A stretch of 64,000 bases of DNA from assembly GCA_001643675.2 (NCBI GenBank), contig LSRY02000008.1:930001-994000 (forward strand), in the 5' to 3' direction. The DNA is from Monocercomonoides exilis PA203. Lineage: Eukaryota; Protista; Preaxostyla. This document shows positions 35,360-46,890 of this stretch, one piece after another. Numbering within the stretch: the stretch's first letter is position 1; every line of letters begins with the position of its first letter. The notes under the pieces are model-generated. The model was not told the origin of the DNA. It was given only the letters and a program-made list of their open reading frames with translations, and did not search any database. A program made the position numbers and the translations under genes.

Positions 35360-37235
35360 TTATTCAGAGGCACAGTCGGAAATTGTGGATGAAATTTCAT
35401 ATGTCAAAGAAAACAAAATCAACGAAGCAGTGGAGTATGCTTTGACCCGGTTCAAGCTTTCCATCTTAAATATTCCATTCTGAACATTAATAAGCTCAGT
35501 TGTGAACGCTGTTTCAGATGATTGTCCACTTCCAGTTGATATGATCAGTCTGTTGACGCTCATTTCTCCTGCTCCTGTAATCTCAAACAGCCTTGACCCA
35601 CAGTTATTCGGACGAGCCGAGTCATGCACAAGAACAAAGTCCCTGGCATTCAATGTGCCTGTCGAGACTGAAAATAGAGACAACACAGATGCTTCAAATT
35701 CTGTTCGGATTGTTATGCTCAAATCGCTTTGACAGTAAATTGCATAAGTGTTAATTCCACAGTCCACATTTTTGGTTTCGATTATTGTTCCACTGAATAT
35801 CTCGATATCAGTTACAAAGCCTGGAATTAGCTGAGTAAGACAACGGCTGATCGTGCTGCATGCATGAGATTCATCCAGCCCACATGCAAATGTGTCAATG
35901 TCTTTTTGTTGTTATTCAGTTGAAGAAGCAAATCTCATGTTTCCAAAATCATTGCGAAGCCAATCACTCAGATAGGTATATGAATTAGAATTTATGCAAA
36001 CTCTGTATGATGTTTGTCCGGTTGAATTGCATCTTGGATCAATACTATTAGATGTTGAACTTTGGAGAACAATGTCATGACAACCAAGAACGCATGTATT
36101 ATTATGGAAAAGACAGTAATAAAACAAAATACCATTATTATTTGCACCCAGCAACAAGCAAACTGCACCTGCATAAAACGAAGAGCAATGATAAAATAAA
36201 CAATTTGAGAATATAATTTGAATTGTTCCATCCAAATGAATAAATGCGCCTCCGCAAGAAGTTGAAAATTTTGACGCTCGACAAATTTTGAAGAATGAGT
36301 TAAAAGCGCTTTTTTTTTTGTTTTTGAGCAGTTTCTTGATAGAAACCAACTCATTCTCCGTCATTCGCAGAAGAATGGTTATTAAAGAAGCAATCACCTA
36401 CAAGAAGTTGGGCATATATGTTATCTGTTTTTCCATCTCCGCCTCCGAAGTCTGTGGCAGCTTTAGCAGTGCATTAGACGTATACATAATTGATATCAAC
36501 GCATTCAGCAGTTTTCAAGGCGCAAATTCCTTCACATCTTGCGGATGAAGCATTGCATCTCACGAAAGAACAATTCTCAACAGCCAAAATTGCATTTTCA
36601 TTATCATGATCATAAAGTGCTCCTCCTTGTGGTGCAGTGCATTCAACCCATTCGCACAATGAAAACGATTGGCCTTCTGTTGTGTCCATTGGATCTTTTT
36701 TCTTAAAAGCATTTGCTTCTCTTTTCCCGTAGCTTATTGATGTGTTTTTGCTGATTAATTCCTCTGAAGAATAGGATCCAATTGAAACGCCTCCTTCATA
36801 TACTTTAGCAGAAGAATAAATGAGGCCGTTCTCCATTGAACTCAACAAACATGAATGTTCCACGTTCCAATCACTGTAATTGTCTAATTTCACTGATATG
36901 TTCCTGAAGGCTCAATCATGAATTTGCTCTCTTTTGCTCTTTCCTGACAACAGGAAATAGTCTGATGATGAAGCTGTCAGATATGCAATGATGAATTCTT
37001 TCTAAACGTTAAAATTTGAATTGTTTGTTGAAAATATAAGATCAAAAGAGCAAACATTCTTTTGGAGGATAAAACATGTGTTTGTGGGTAGATAAACATG
37101 CTTTGAAAATGAATTGGAGATGAGGTTTAGTTGTGGAAAATACAAGAATTCTTCAAAAGCATTGATTTGTATGTAGTTATCATCAAAAGAAAAGACAAAT
37201 ATTTATACAACATATAAAACAATTCATCTGAAACA
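35360..37235 (-). pseudogene. Decayed GGA-repeat beta-helix (pectin-lyase-like) surface protein (cargo)
   Basis: Collinear ORF pieces 36474..36893 (CEWVECTAPQGGALY), 35912..36397 (SCGGAFIH...FSNCLFYHCSSFYAGAV) and 35360..35767, separated by frameshifts and stops. Confidence 0.6.
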
Positions 37236-37869
37236 TACAAAATACAAATATTAAGAAATTGTAATCAATTGAAACACACTTAAATTGCCATTTTTGGAAA
37301 AGCACTCTGTTTTTTGAAAAATCTGTTAAATAGTTGTCTTTCAAAATTCATATCATCTTGCATTCGTTTATTTCAATAAAATCATAATTAATTTTGATCA
37401 AAATATGCAATAAAAATTCAATTTTAATTTATGTCTTCAAACATTATCATGATATGTTCGAATAAAATTTCACTCATTGAAAAAACGATTAAAAACATTT
37501 TTATTGAAGAAAAAATTGAAAATTAATATTATTATGGTATCTATTTTTTGATCTGTGGTGATTTTTCAAAAATTTTCTCCCACATCGTTATTTCTTGTGC
37601 CCATATTTAAAAAAAGGAATTGCGTGCGGTTTTTCAGGAAGAAGAGGCAATTACTCAATTGAGAATCATGAGTGTTAATTATTGTCGAATCAAAGTGTGG
37701 AATTTTAGATGAAACCAAAATCAAATGAAGTCGAAAAATCCAATCAAAAAAAAGGAGAATATGAAAAGTCAATTTAATCATTTCAAGCCAATTCAACCTT
37801 TGTTCATTCGATTTATTAGTCAGTGTAATGCTTCATTTCTTTCGGCTTTATCTTAAGAGCACAATGATT

Positions 37870-40396
37870 TCACATCAACTCATGTTGCAGTTTCTCAACA
37901 AAACCCGACAATTCCATCAAAATTGATATTTCCAAGAATAACAACAAGAAGGATTGCAACTTTGTTACTTCATGAAAAGGAAAAGAATGAAATCTTGGTC
38001 TCAAAATATGTTTCAAACAAAGCAGTTGCTGTTGTGATGGATGGTGGAGTTGTGGCTGGACAAAAATTTACTGTTGTAAATATTGTCCCTTTGTTAATGA
38101 ATGCAAAACAATTATTCTGGAAATTGCATCCATCATGTTACACAAAAAGCGATTTTTAAAAAACTATCATTGACTGTGATGAGTGAAATCAGGAAGCTGA
38201 ATTTTGAAGTTCGTTGCTTTTGCAGTGATGGCCTCAAGCCTCAGAAATTAGCACTCGAACAAATAAATTCGGTGGAATCTACAGACATACACGAGAAAAA
38301 ACTGAATTCATTCTGTCAGATTTTTGTCTATTGCATGAATCATCTATGCAATCTTATTTTTACAAGAATTATCTACAGATCCGAGTTTTTGTCGAATATA
38401 TTACAACAAATAATAGAGTTTCCCAAAAAAACTCATTCTTCAAAAATACAAACATATTTTCATGAGAAAGTGTCCCACATTTATTTCAACAAGATGGTTG
38501 TGCATTTATCAGATGTGCAAATATATCAGGACAAATAAAGAAAAAGCAGTTAAAGAAGAGCTGCTTACGGAATGTTTTATTTTGGAAGTTTTGAGATTTG
38601 AGATATTGCTTTTTTTCGCTAGATATGTTACGTCTGTTTTTAGAAAGAGATTCATCAAAATTGGGATACGTTTTTTTACAATTCCTTCAGGCATGTTGTA
38701 GTTAATATTCAATTTCTCAGAACCGTAATACTCAATGCAAAGCATGAACAAAACGCGTCACAAATCCATATATTTTTTTCCACAACACGTTTTTGACACG
38801 CAAAAGAGAAGTTATGATAGCTTTTTCCTTTTCATTAACTCCTTTTTGTTTGAATCACTTAATGAATGAAAAATTTTAAAGCAGCTTTTTATATGGAACA
38901 ATAAAGCATGAGTTATCGTTCATTGGACAAATCTCATTCTTTAGCAAGTGATTTTCGCATAATAAATAAAAAATCAATTTCTTCAGATTCCTTCTGTGAA
39001 TCAAATTCATGTTCATCATTTTCTTCAAGAAAGTCAAAAAGATCATCTTTTTCTATCAACGAAGACAATTTTTCAAGAATTCCTTCCTCTTCTTCATTGA
39101 CAACAGAAAACCGTTCAATGGAATCACTGGATCAAACAATTGACAAAATAAGTGTTGAGGAAAAAGAATCCTGTTTTATTTCTGATAATTTAGATGAAAG
39201 TTCATGTTCGTTCAAAAGTATTCATTCACCGCTTTCATTAAGGTCTTTTGAAAAAGCGATCTTTTCCTCAACGAAGCCTTCACAAGCAAGTTTTGTCTTT
39301 CACGATGTTTCAACAGCAAGCCAGAGTGATACAATAGCAAGAATTGAGAGTAGAGTTTCAACCTTTCAAAAAGAAGCTGATATTTGTCAAAATTTTTTTG
39401 AAAAGTTCCTTTTATTTAATTTTCTAATAAAATAAAAATTTCATATTTTCATCAATTTTTTGTTCCTACTCAAGAAACTTCACCAAAATGGAAACAAATC
39501 CAAAAGAATGTTATCATTACCGTTTTTGTGAAGTTTCATAATTGGGAACATAAATTTGATCAAAATATGAAATTTTTGTTATATTAGACAATTAAACAAA
39601 AGGAACTATTCAAAAAAATTTAGACATTTTATCATTACTTTCATTGTTGGATGTTCTGGAATCAGAAGAGATAGAAAATACTGAAAAGGATAATGAAGAA
39701 AAGCAATCAAATGAGGAAACAATTTTTGAGGATATCTTTGGATTAACTGAGGCAGAATTAGAGGCTGAAGATGATGAATTTTCGAATAATTCATCTCATG
39801 AAAGCAAGAGGGAAGACAAAAGCACAGATACGTTTTCTTTGCGATCGCATTCGTCAGGAAGAGATGATGCTACAAATACATTGACGCAAATTGATGAAGA
39901 AGAAACATATGAAAACAGCATAATTGAAGATGTAGAAGAAGTTGATGTTATGAAAGTTTGATCAAACGAAAAAATTACTCAATAAGTTTCTGATAACGTC
40001 CATAAAAACAACGAAATTGTTATTTATATTAATTCCAACTTAACATCATCATGGAATTTAAGGTTGATTCAAGCTTTCGATTAATACGTTGATCAATCAT
40101 TGGAGGACTTCGAGGAAGATATAAAGGTTAATTGCAAAAGACTATACGGAGAGTTCCTTTTTCCGACTGAGTGTTGCAACGTGGATCGAAATCCTCATTC
40201 GTTTTTTTCAATAATAGGTTCAAAAGGATTATTCAATACAATATTTGCCAATATAAGCATGTCCCTTATTTCGTGTCCCTGCAGCGAAGAATCATGTGAA
40301 CTCGTTATTTCCAGAATTCGAAGAATAACAGGTGACAGAAGACATTCCCTTCAGTTGGAGACACTGAATTCTCTTTTATTAATTAACCAAAGATAA
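37870..40396 (+). pseudogene. hAT transposase remnant
   Basis: Ordered motifs AVVMDG (D1), FCSDG (D2), CMNH (CxxH), FISTRW, and a C-terminal dimerisation-like LISCPCSEESCELVISRIRRI..DRRHSL..ETL, spread over frameshifted ORFs 37923, 38101, 38462 and 40100. Ser/acidic inserts lie at 38908 and 39644. Confidence 0.75.
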
Positions 40397-41374
40397 ATGC
40401 GTCTGTTACATTTCTTTTCAATTAAATATCATTGAAATATCTTTATTTCATCCTTTTGTTTTTTCATAATGAAACGTCGTTTCAATGAAAATAACAAAAG
40501 GATTGTTCACAATCAATGCCTCGATTCTGAAATGAAACCCTGAAGCTGTTTTCTTGCCGAGAATAAATAAGTTTCTCATCCATGGCTTTTTTTAATAAGG
40601 AACAATATCAATTCTCAAGGAAACTCTGTGAGATACTCATTTCTTATTCTCAGCCAATGCATATAAAAAGAAAATGCAACAAGAGATGAAATAGTTTGCA
40701 ACATATTAACTCACAAGAATCAAACATTTATTATTTTTCATTTTTTTCTTCAGAAATCATAAAATTGCTGTGTTCATTGCTTCCTTGTGGATTACATCTT
40801 CATGGATCAAAGTTAAATATTCAAAAAATTGACTGTTTTTCTAGTTCCAATTCCAAGGTTTTCCTTCAAAAGAATCACGTTTCATTTGATCAGCATTTTT
40901 ATTTTTGAGCTTTATTACATCGTTATATTTTTTCTTTAATAAAGCAAATTGAAACAAATGAACAACGATTTCCAATTCTCTTTCTTTAAATAAACTTCCT
41001 ATTTCCCAATATTTAAGCTAATCCTCTTTTCTCTCTCAGTTCTATCCTTGTTTTTATTCTCAGCTTTCGTTTTCACATCATATTTTTACTGTTGCTTCTT
41101 TTTTTGTAAAGAACAGTTTTTTTTTTCCAAATCAATCAAAAAAGAACAAGCTTCACTTCTATAAGAAAAACTTTTACTCATAAAGGTTCATGAAACAGCA
41201 AACCAATTCAAATGAGTTGCTTTTCATTTTTCAGAATGTTTCATTTTGAAAAATCTTGTATTTATTTTTATCAAAAACCACTGGAAAGTTAATCTGTTAA
41301 ATGATGAATGTGAAAAGATAGATAATAATATGGTATGGAAGTTTATAAAGATGTAAAAGACGAATAAAAAAAAA

Positions 41375-41500
41375 GAAAGGAAGGAAGGAAGAAAGGAAGG
41401 AAGAAAGAAAGAAAAGAAGGAAGAGAGGAAGAAAGGAAGAAAGGAAGAAAGGAAGAAAGGAAGAAAGGAAGAAAGTAAAAAAGAAAGAAGAAGAAGAAGA
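41375..41500. repeat. Purine-rich (GAAA/GGAA) microsatellite
   Basis: Directly visible, including AGGAAGAA octamer repeats. Confidence 0.9.
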
Positions 41501-42779
41501 AAAAGTGAAAAAAGAAAGAGACATGGATGGAGAAGCTGAAATGGATATGACTGATAAAGGGGGAGCAGGAATAACAGCAATTGGAAGAAAAGAATTTGAA
41601 GGTTTGCCTATTTCAGAAGAATGAAGAGGAGAAAAAAAAGAATACACAAATGAAACGCTATTTGAATTATAAGATCCTCTTTGATCATGCAATTAACGAT
41701 GTGTCTGTGTCATCTACATTTTTGTTTTTAAAGGAGAAATATGAACAGGAGATGATAATTTCAATTTTCTCTCTTCTCCCTAATTCATCATCATCTTTTT
41801 CTTCTTCTCATTCTTCTTCTTCTCCTCCTCCTCCTCTTCTTCTTCTTCTTCTTCTTCGCTCTCTTCTTCTTCACTCTCTTCTTCTTCACTCTCTTCTTCG
41901 CCTTGCTCTTATGTGGACCACTTGCCATCGCCAGAGCCTATGCTGAAGCTGAGGATGAATCAGAGACTATTTTTCATCACTATCTTGTTGAACAGACAAT
42001 CGAAAAATGACTTCCTTTATATTTTCCTTTTTACTTCAAACTGTAATCACTCCAGGAACAACTTACGATTCTTGCATCTCTTGAAGAAGAATATAACAGC
42101 TGAGTGGATGAAATTCAAAAGGAGAAAAGAGGAGTTGGAAGAGCAGGAAAAGACGATTGTGAAGATGATTTCGATGAAGAAGACGATGAAGAAGATGAAG
42201 ATGATTATGATGATAAAGAGGAAGAAGAGGAAGAAGAAAGCAGTGAACACCATAGTGACGAACAATCATCCAGATCGTTCATTAACAAGTTTGGGAATGA
42301 AACAGTGCAACAATGAGTGGATTTCTTCACACGCATGCCTATCAGAACAAGCAGATTCTTCGCAAACGACGTGAAGAATGAACTTACCCCATCTTTCTCG
42401 ATAGCGTTTGGTGACATCAGCTTCATGAAGGAACGAAGGGTTGAAAATGGTATGGTGCAGAGCGGTTTGTTTGGATTGACAGAACTGGCACATAAATTTG
42501 AGGAGAAAAACAACACAATGATCATTCAGCCTGAATACATTGATATGAGTATGAGCATTACAAAGGAGCAAGAAAGCAATAAAAATGAAATCGTTGAAAA
42601 AGATGAAGTTGAAAGTTTTCAAATATAACTTTTTTGTTATTTCTTTCAATTAAAATGCAGCCTTTAAAATAATGTATAACTTTATTAATAATTTATTTTT
42701 GAAAAATGATTGATTATTCATTCTCAAAATAAAAATAAATGTGATGAAGGAAATCAAATGCATTTCAATTGCAATTACT

Positions 42780-43560
42780 TCTTCAAAGTTTTTTTTTTCG
42801 AGCGTTTGGTAAGAAAATTACAACCAGGAAGACTTATACACCAGTTGTGTTAGAATGTTATCATCCTGATAATATTTGATGATTTCTTTGATTCCGTTCA
42901 GATAAAGAGCTATTTCAACTTTTTCTTCAAATATTTGAAAAAATATCAATAAAGTCAAAAATTAACAGAAATACACATACGTTATATACGTTAATGCAAC
43001 TCAACGCTAAAAGTGCCATTTTCACATCTTTTTGAGTTTCCTTGTTTTCATCTTTCTTCAACGCAGCTTTCAGCAGACAGGTTACGCAAACAGATATCAA
43101 TTGTGATGAAGTCCCAATGTTTAACAAAAGATAGCTTTCACAAAGTTCAGATAGAAAATTTTCGTTTCTTTTCTCTTTTTTCTCTTTTTCTTCGTTCATC
43201 TTCTTTTTTTTTTTCTTTCATTCAATGAAGTAATTGCAAAGCCATCTATCCATGAACCTCTTTGCACATCAAAATACCAAATTCTATTCAACAAACAAAA
43301 ATTATCTCTCGTTGATATTTTCTTTTCTTTATTGTATATTTCAATAATGGAGAACAGTTCTGTTGACAGTTTATTGTTTAATTCTTCATCATCCATCTCT
43401 TTCATCAGTGCATTCATCGCTTTTCTTTTTTGTCTCTGTTCAAATTCTGCTCAACATTCTGTATCAGATAACAATCCTTTAAAATAATATAAAGAAAAAT
43501 ATTCAATCACCTACAATTCAAATTTATCAATAACTTCAAACCATTGCATTTCCCAATGGC
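42780..43560 (-). pseudogene. Decayed member of the ARM-like expanded family (paralog of 56023-57487; cargo)
   Basis: ORFs 43196..43417 and 42927..43199 contain CLLKAALKKDENKETQKDVKMALLALSCI, matching CLLKDALNKEEKEESKKDVEIVLLALCHI. Frameshifted and 3'-truncated. Confidence 0.7.
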
Positions 43561-44049
43561 GTCACTTCCTAAATTGCAAAATGATAACGTTGTTATAAAA
43601 ACAATATTATATAAAAACTTAAAAGTTGTTTTTTATTATGTTCGAATAACAAACATCTGCAAAAATAAAAGCTTATATGGTTTATGAATAATACATTTAA
43701 ATACCGTTCATCTATGTTTTTGTCTTACAATCAGTGCATTTAAAAGAAATAATAGTTTAAGAATTCTTTTTTGTTAAAAAGTATTTCTTGATCTAAAGTT
43801 GTCTTTTATTAATAAAGAGAAATAAATGTGCATTTGAATAATTATTTCATATAATTCAAGTGCTTTTGATTTCAGTCAATTATTAAAATATATATATATA
43901 TATATATATATTTTTAGTGACCTACAGCAACAAAAATTCGCTTGTCGTGTCGCACAGGTCTTGTTTATCCTTATTTCGATTTTGATTTTATTCATTAAAT
44001 GAAGAAAATTTTGATTTCAAAAGGATTCATGAGATCAACAAAAAATATA

Positions 44050-44636
44050 TACACCATTTATAATTCAAAATTAATAAACTAATTATTCGATTCTGGTAAA
44101 CTTCTTATTCAAAATTAATTTTGATATAATATGATCACTGGTTGATTGTCAGATGAAGATGATTTAATTTTTTTTTAAATTATATCTTTGTGAATTATTA
44201 AATCGAAAATTTTATAATATAAAAATTCAAGTGCTGAAACAACAAAAAACAAATTTGAAATTATCCATTTGAATCCAATAATAATTCTACGTTTGTTTTT
44301 TGTTGTTTCCAGCACTTGAATTTTTATATTATAAAAATTTTCGATTTAATAATTCACAATCTTACAATAGGAGATGAAATAATTTGAAAAATTATCCGAT
44401 TTCATGGATAATTATTTTTTTCTGAAATATCAAAATTTTTTAAATTTATTCACAAATAATAAAAATTGGGGTTCAATCTTCATCCTTTTTAAGAATAATG
44501 AAAAAACAAAACATTTTAATCACTCTCTGACAATCAGCCAGTGATCATATTATATCAAAAAAATTTTTTATAAAAAATACTGAATTTTATTAATTTTGAA
44601 TAATAAGTTTAACAACTTTGAATAATAAATGGTGTA
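44050..44636. repeat. Imperfect nested foldback/hairpin element
   Basis: Near-perfect ~65-bp arms at 44190-44254 and 44292-44358. Outer inverted blocks at 44120-44152 / 44527-44560 and acaccatttat / ataaatggtgt. Confidence 0.7.
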
Positions 44637-44919
44637 ATTAACAAACTTTTTTCACGTGATATTCAAATCACAATGCTTCGACTTTCGATTCTTATAATAT
44701 CCGGTTTATCTAATATCAAACATTTAAAAATAATATCAAATACAGAAAATGTTGTCAAATTCATTTCAAAAATATTCGAGAATAAGATACTATATTGTTA
44801 AAGAAGGCAATGCAACAAAACAAAACAAAACAAAACAAAAAAATAAAATAAAATAAAATAGAAATAGAAATAAAAAAAAATAATAATAATAAATTTTAAA
44901 AAAAAATGAAATTCCAGAC

Positions 44920-45840
44920 TTATTCATCCTCCTCAATAACAGTGATATCTTCGAAAGATGATTTCATGAAAACGTGGAAAAAATTATCAAAATTCTTATC
45001 TGGATTTCTTCGATAAGTAAACTTTTGCAAATAATTGGACAAATAATTTCTTTGGACCCCATGTCGATGAAGAAAATGCCTTAAAAGTGACCATGACCCT
45101 TCGATCCTGTTTGAATGACACTTTGAAAATGGATCAACAAAGTGATTTTTGTGATTCACAGTTCGAAGGATAAAACCAAGAGTGTCCAATGAACTACACC
45201 CTAACCAACAGTCAGTATTAATTTTTGTGCTTTTCTTTTATCAGCTGATTCAATGAGAGATTGCAACGCAGGTTTTGTTCGATTAGGTGCTATTGATAAT
45301 AACATATTACTCCTTTCTTTTGCTGTTTCAGGCTTTTCAACGCCCCCAACAGTCCGTGGTAATGGTTTTCTTCTTCCCACTTTGTCCTTTCTTCGATAAA
45401 AGCAGCTTCAACAATTTCAATCGTTTTATTTTCTCCTCCAATTTTGAAAGCATGTTGCTGTTGATGAAGAACAATTGCTTTCCAAAATAAAGCATAAAGC
45501 TTTACAATTGTGGAGACATTCACTGATGCCAAAATTGCTGCTTGAAGCTGTTCCAAATGAAGCCAAAAACAAAGAGCAATGATATAAATCATTCGTAACG
45601 GTAACTTGATTTTTTCTAAAACGGTGTTGCTTTTCAATGATTTTTTACAGTGTTTGCATCTAAAATTGTGGTAATTTCCTTTTTCAAGTTGGAAATTCAT
45701 GTGTTTTTTGCATTTCCAACACAACAGACATGAAAGAACAAAATTTTTATTCTGCAGCCATTTGATTGTCTTTTATTCATCTTGAAACAAATCAATTAGC
45801 TCTGGTGAATGCTTCCTCTCAGCCGCATCGAATGGCATTT
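44920..45840 (-). mobile_element. Degenerate Merlin/ISXO2 (IS1595-like) transposase
   Basis: Zn-ribbon CWKC...RCKHC, KIGGENKTIEIVEA (catalytic D replaced by V), and TVNHKNHFVDP...HSNRIEGSWSLLR...YL..F.YR. Frameshifted. Confidence 0.8.
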
Positions 45841-46339
45841 TGAAATAGGCAAATTGGATATTATTATAAAGGGACTTCGCCCATTAATTTTTATTTTTTT
45901 TCTATTGGTTCAAAATTAATTCGAATTCACTTCTTCGTTTCATAACTTCATTTTTTTCAAGAAAAAAATATAACTAACAATCGACAAAAATATGTGAAAG
46001 ATATTTAATTTTTGCAGTCGATGAAACCATTTCTTGCCAATGATTCAATCTATTTTCATTCAGAACAATTTGACAACTTCAATCAAAACAAACCAGAAAC
46101 TTTTATTCAACCAGAGAATCATGTAAATTTCTCCGACGAAAAAACTATTATGGGAGATGGAGCAAACAAGGAGCTTTAATTAACAGCACAAAACATGGTC
46201 ACATTTGATTCTGATTCCATTACTGGTAAATCACCTTATTTCTCTCTCTTTCCATCAACTCTTCAGAATAATAATTTTTCCAATCAAAAAATTCAGTTCG
46301 AAAATATACCGAATCATTTTGAGATTGAAAAGAAGGAAA

Positions 46340-46890
46340 ATAAGAAGAGGAAGCCAAAAAAGAAATGGAATGAAATGAGTTTGATGATGCACTTTGGACG
46401 AACTGGGCGAAAAAGGCGAACAAGACTCATTTGAAGAAAATGCAGGCATAATGAACAGATTCGAATTACATAACAGCCAACAGCAACAACAAATGGAAGA
46501 ATTATTCCGTGTTGCAACATGAGAATTTGATGGTCAATAAGTTCTCAATAACGAAGAAGATGATCTTTTCATCAGCCAAATAAAAAAAATCTCGTCAGTG
46601 AAGAGATCGAAGGAGAGTGAGAAGAAACCCTATTATCTCCAAAAAATGCTGCTTGATATGGATTGTCCATGGAAATGGAGCTCAACACAAAAAAATGCTG
46701 TTTGCTGGAATGGAAAAAAGATATTAAATAAAATAATAATAATTAGTTTTGCTTAAATTATAAAAATTCCTCAAAAGGACACATGCACCCTCCCTATCGC
46801 AAAAGCAGAAGATTGCTTTATCACCGTAGCTGTCAATCTCCTTTTCCATTATTTCTCAGTGCTCAATTCTCCATCATCCTTTTTTCACAC
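46340..46890. repeat. Inverted copy of the 10000-10545 repeat
   Basis: Reverse-complement similarity with 10000-10545; boundaries are approximate. Confidence 0.8.

Larger units (their letters stand above)
31728..43962. mobile_element. 12.2-kb hAT-superfamily element carrying gene-fragment cargo
   Basis: Identical 8-bp direct repeats GTTTATCC at 31720-31727 and 43963-43970. Imperfect 14-bp TIRs taggcctatgcgac / gtcgcacaggtctt (11/14). GAC-rich subterminal motifs and an internal hAT transposase remnant. Confidence 0.72.

Noticed and set aside
41680-41720. 'DHAIND' as a 3'-5' exonuclease ExoIII motif
   Set aside because: No ExoI or ExoII motifs are nearby, and the match is too short to support.
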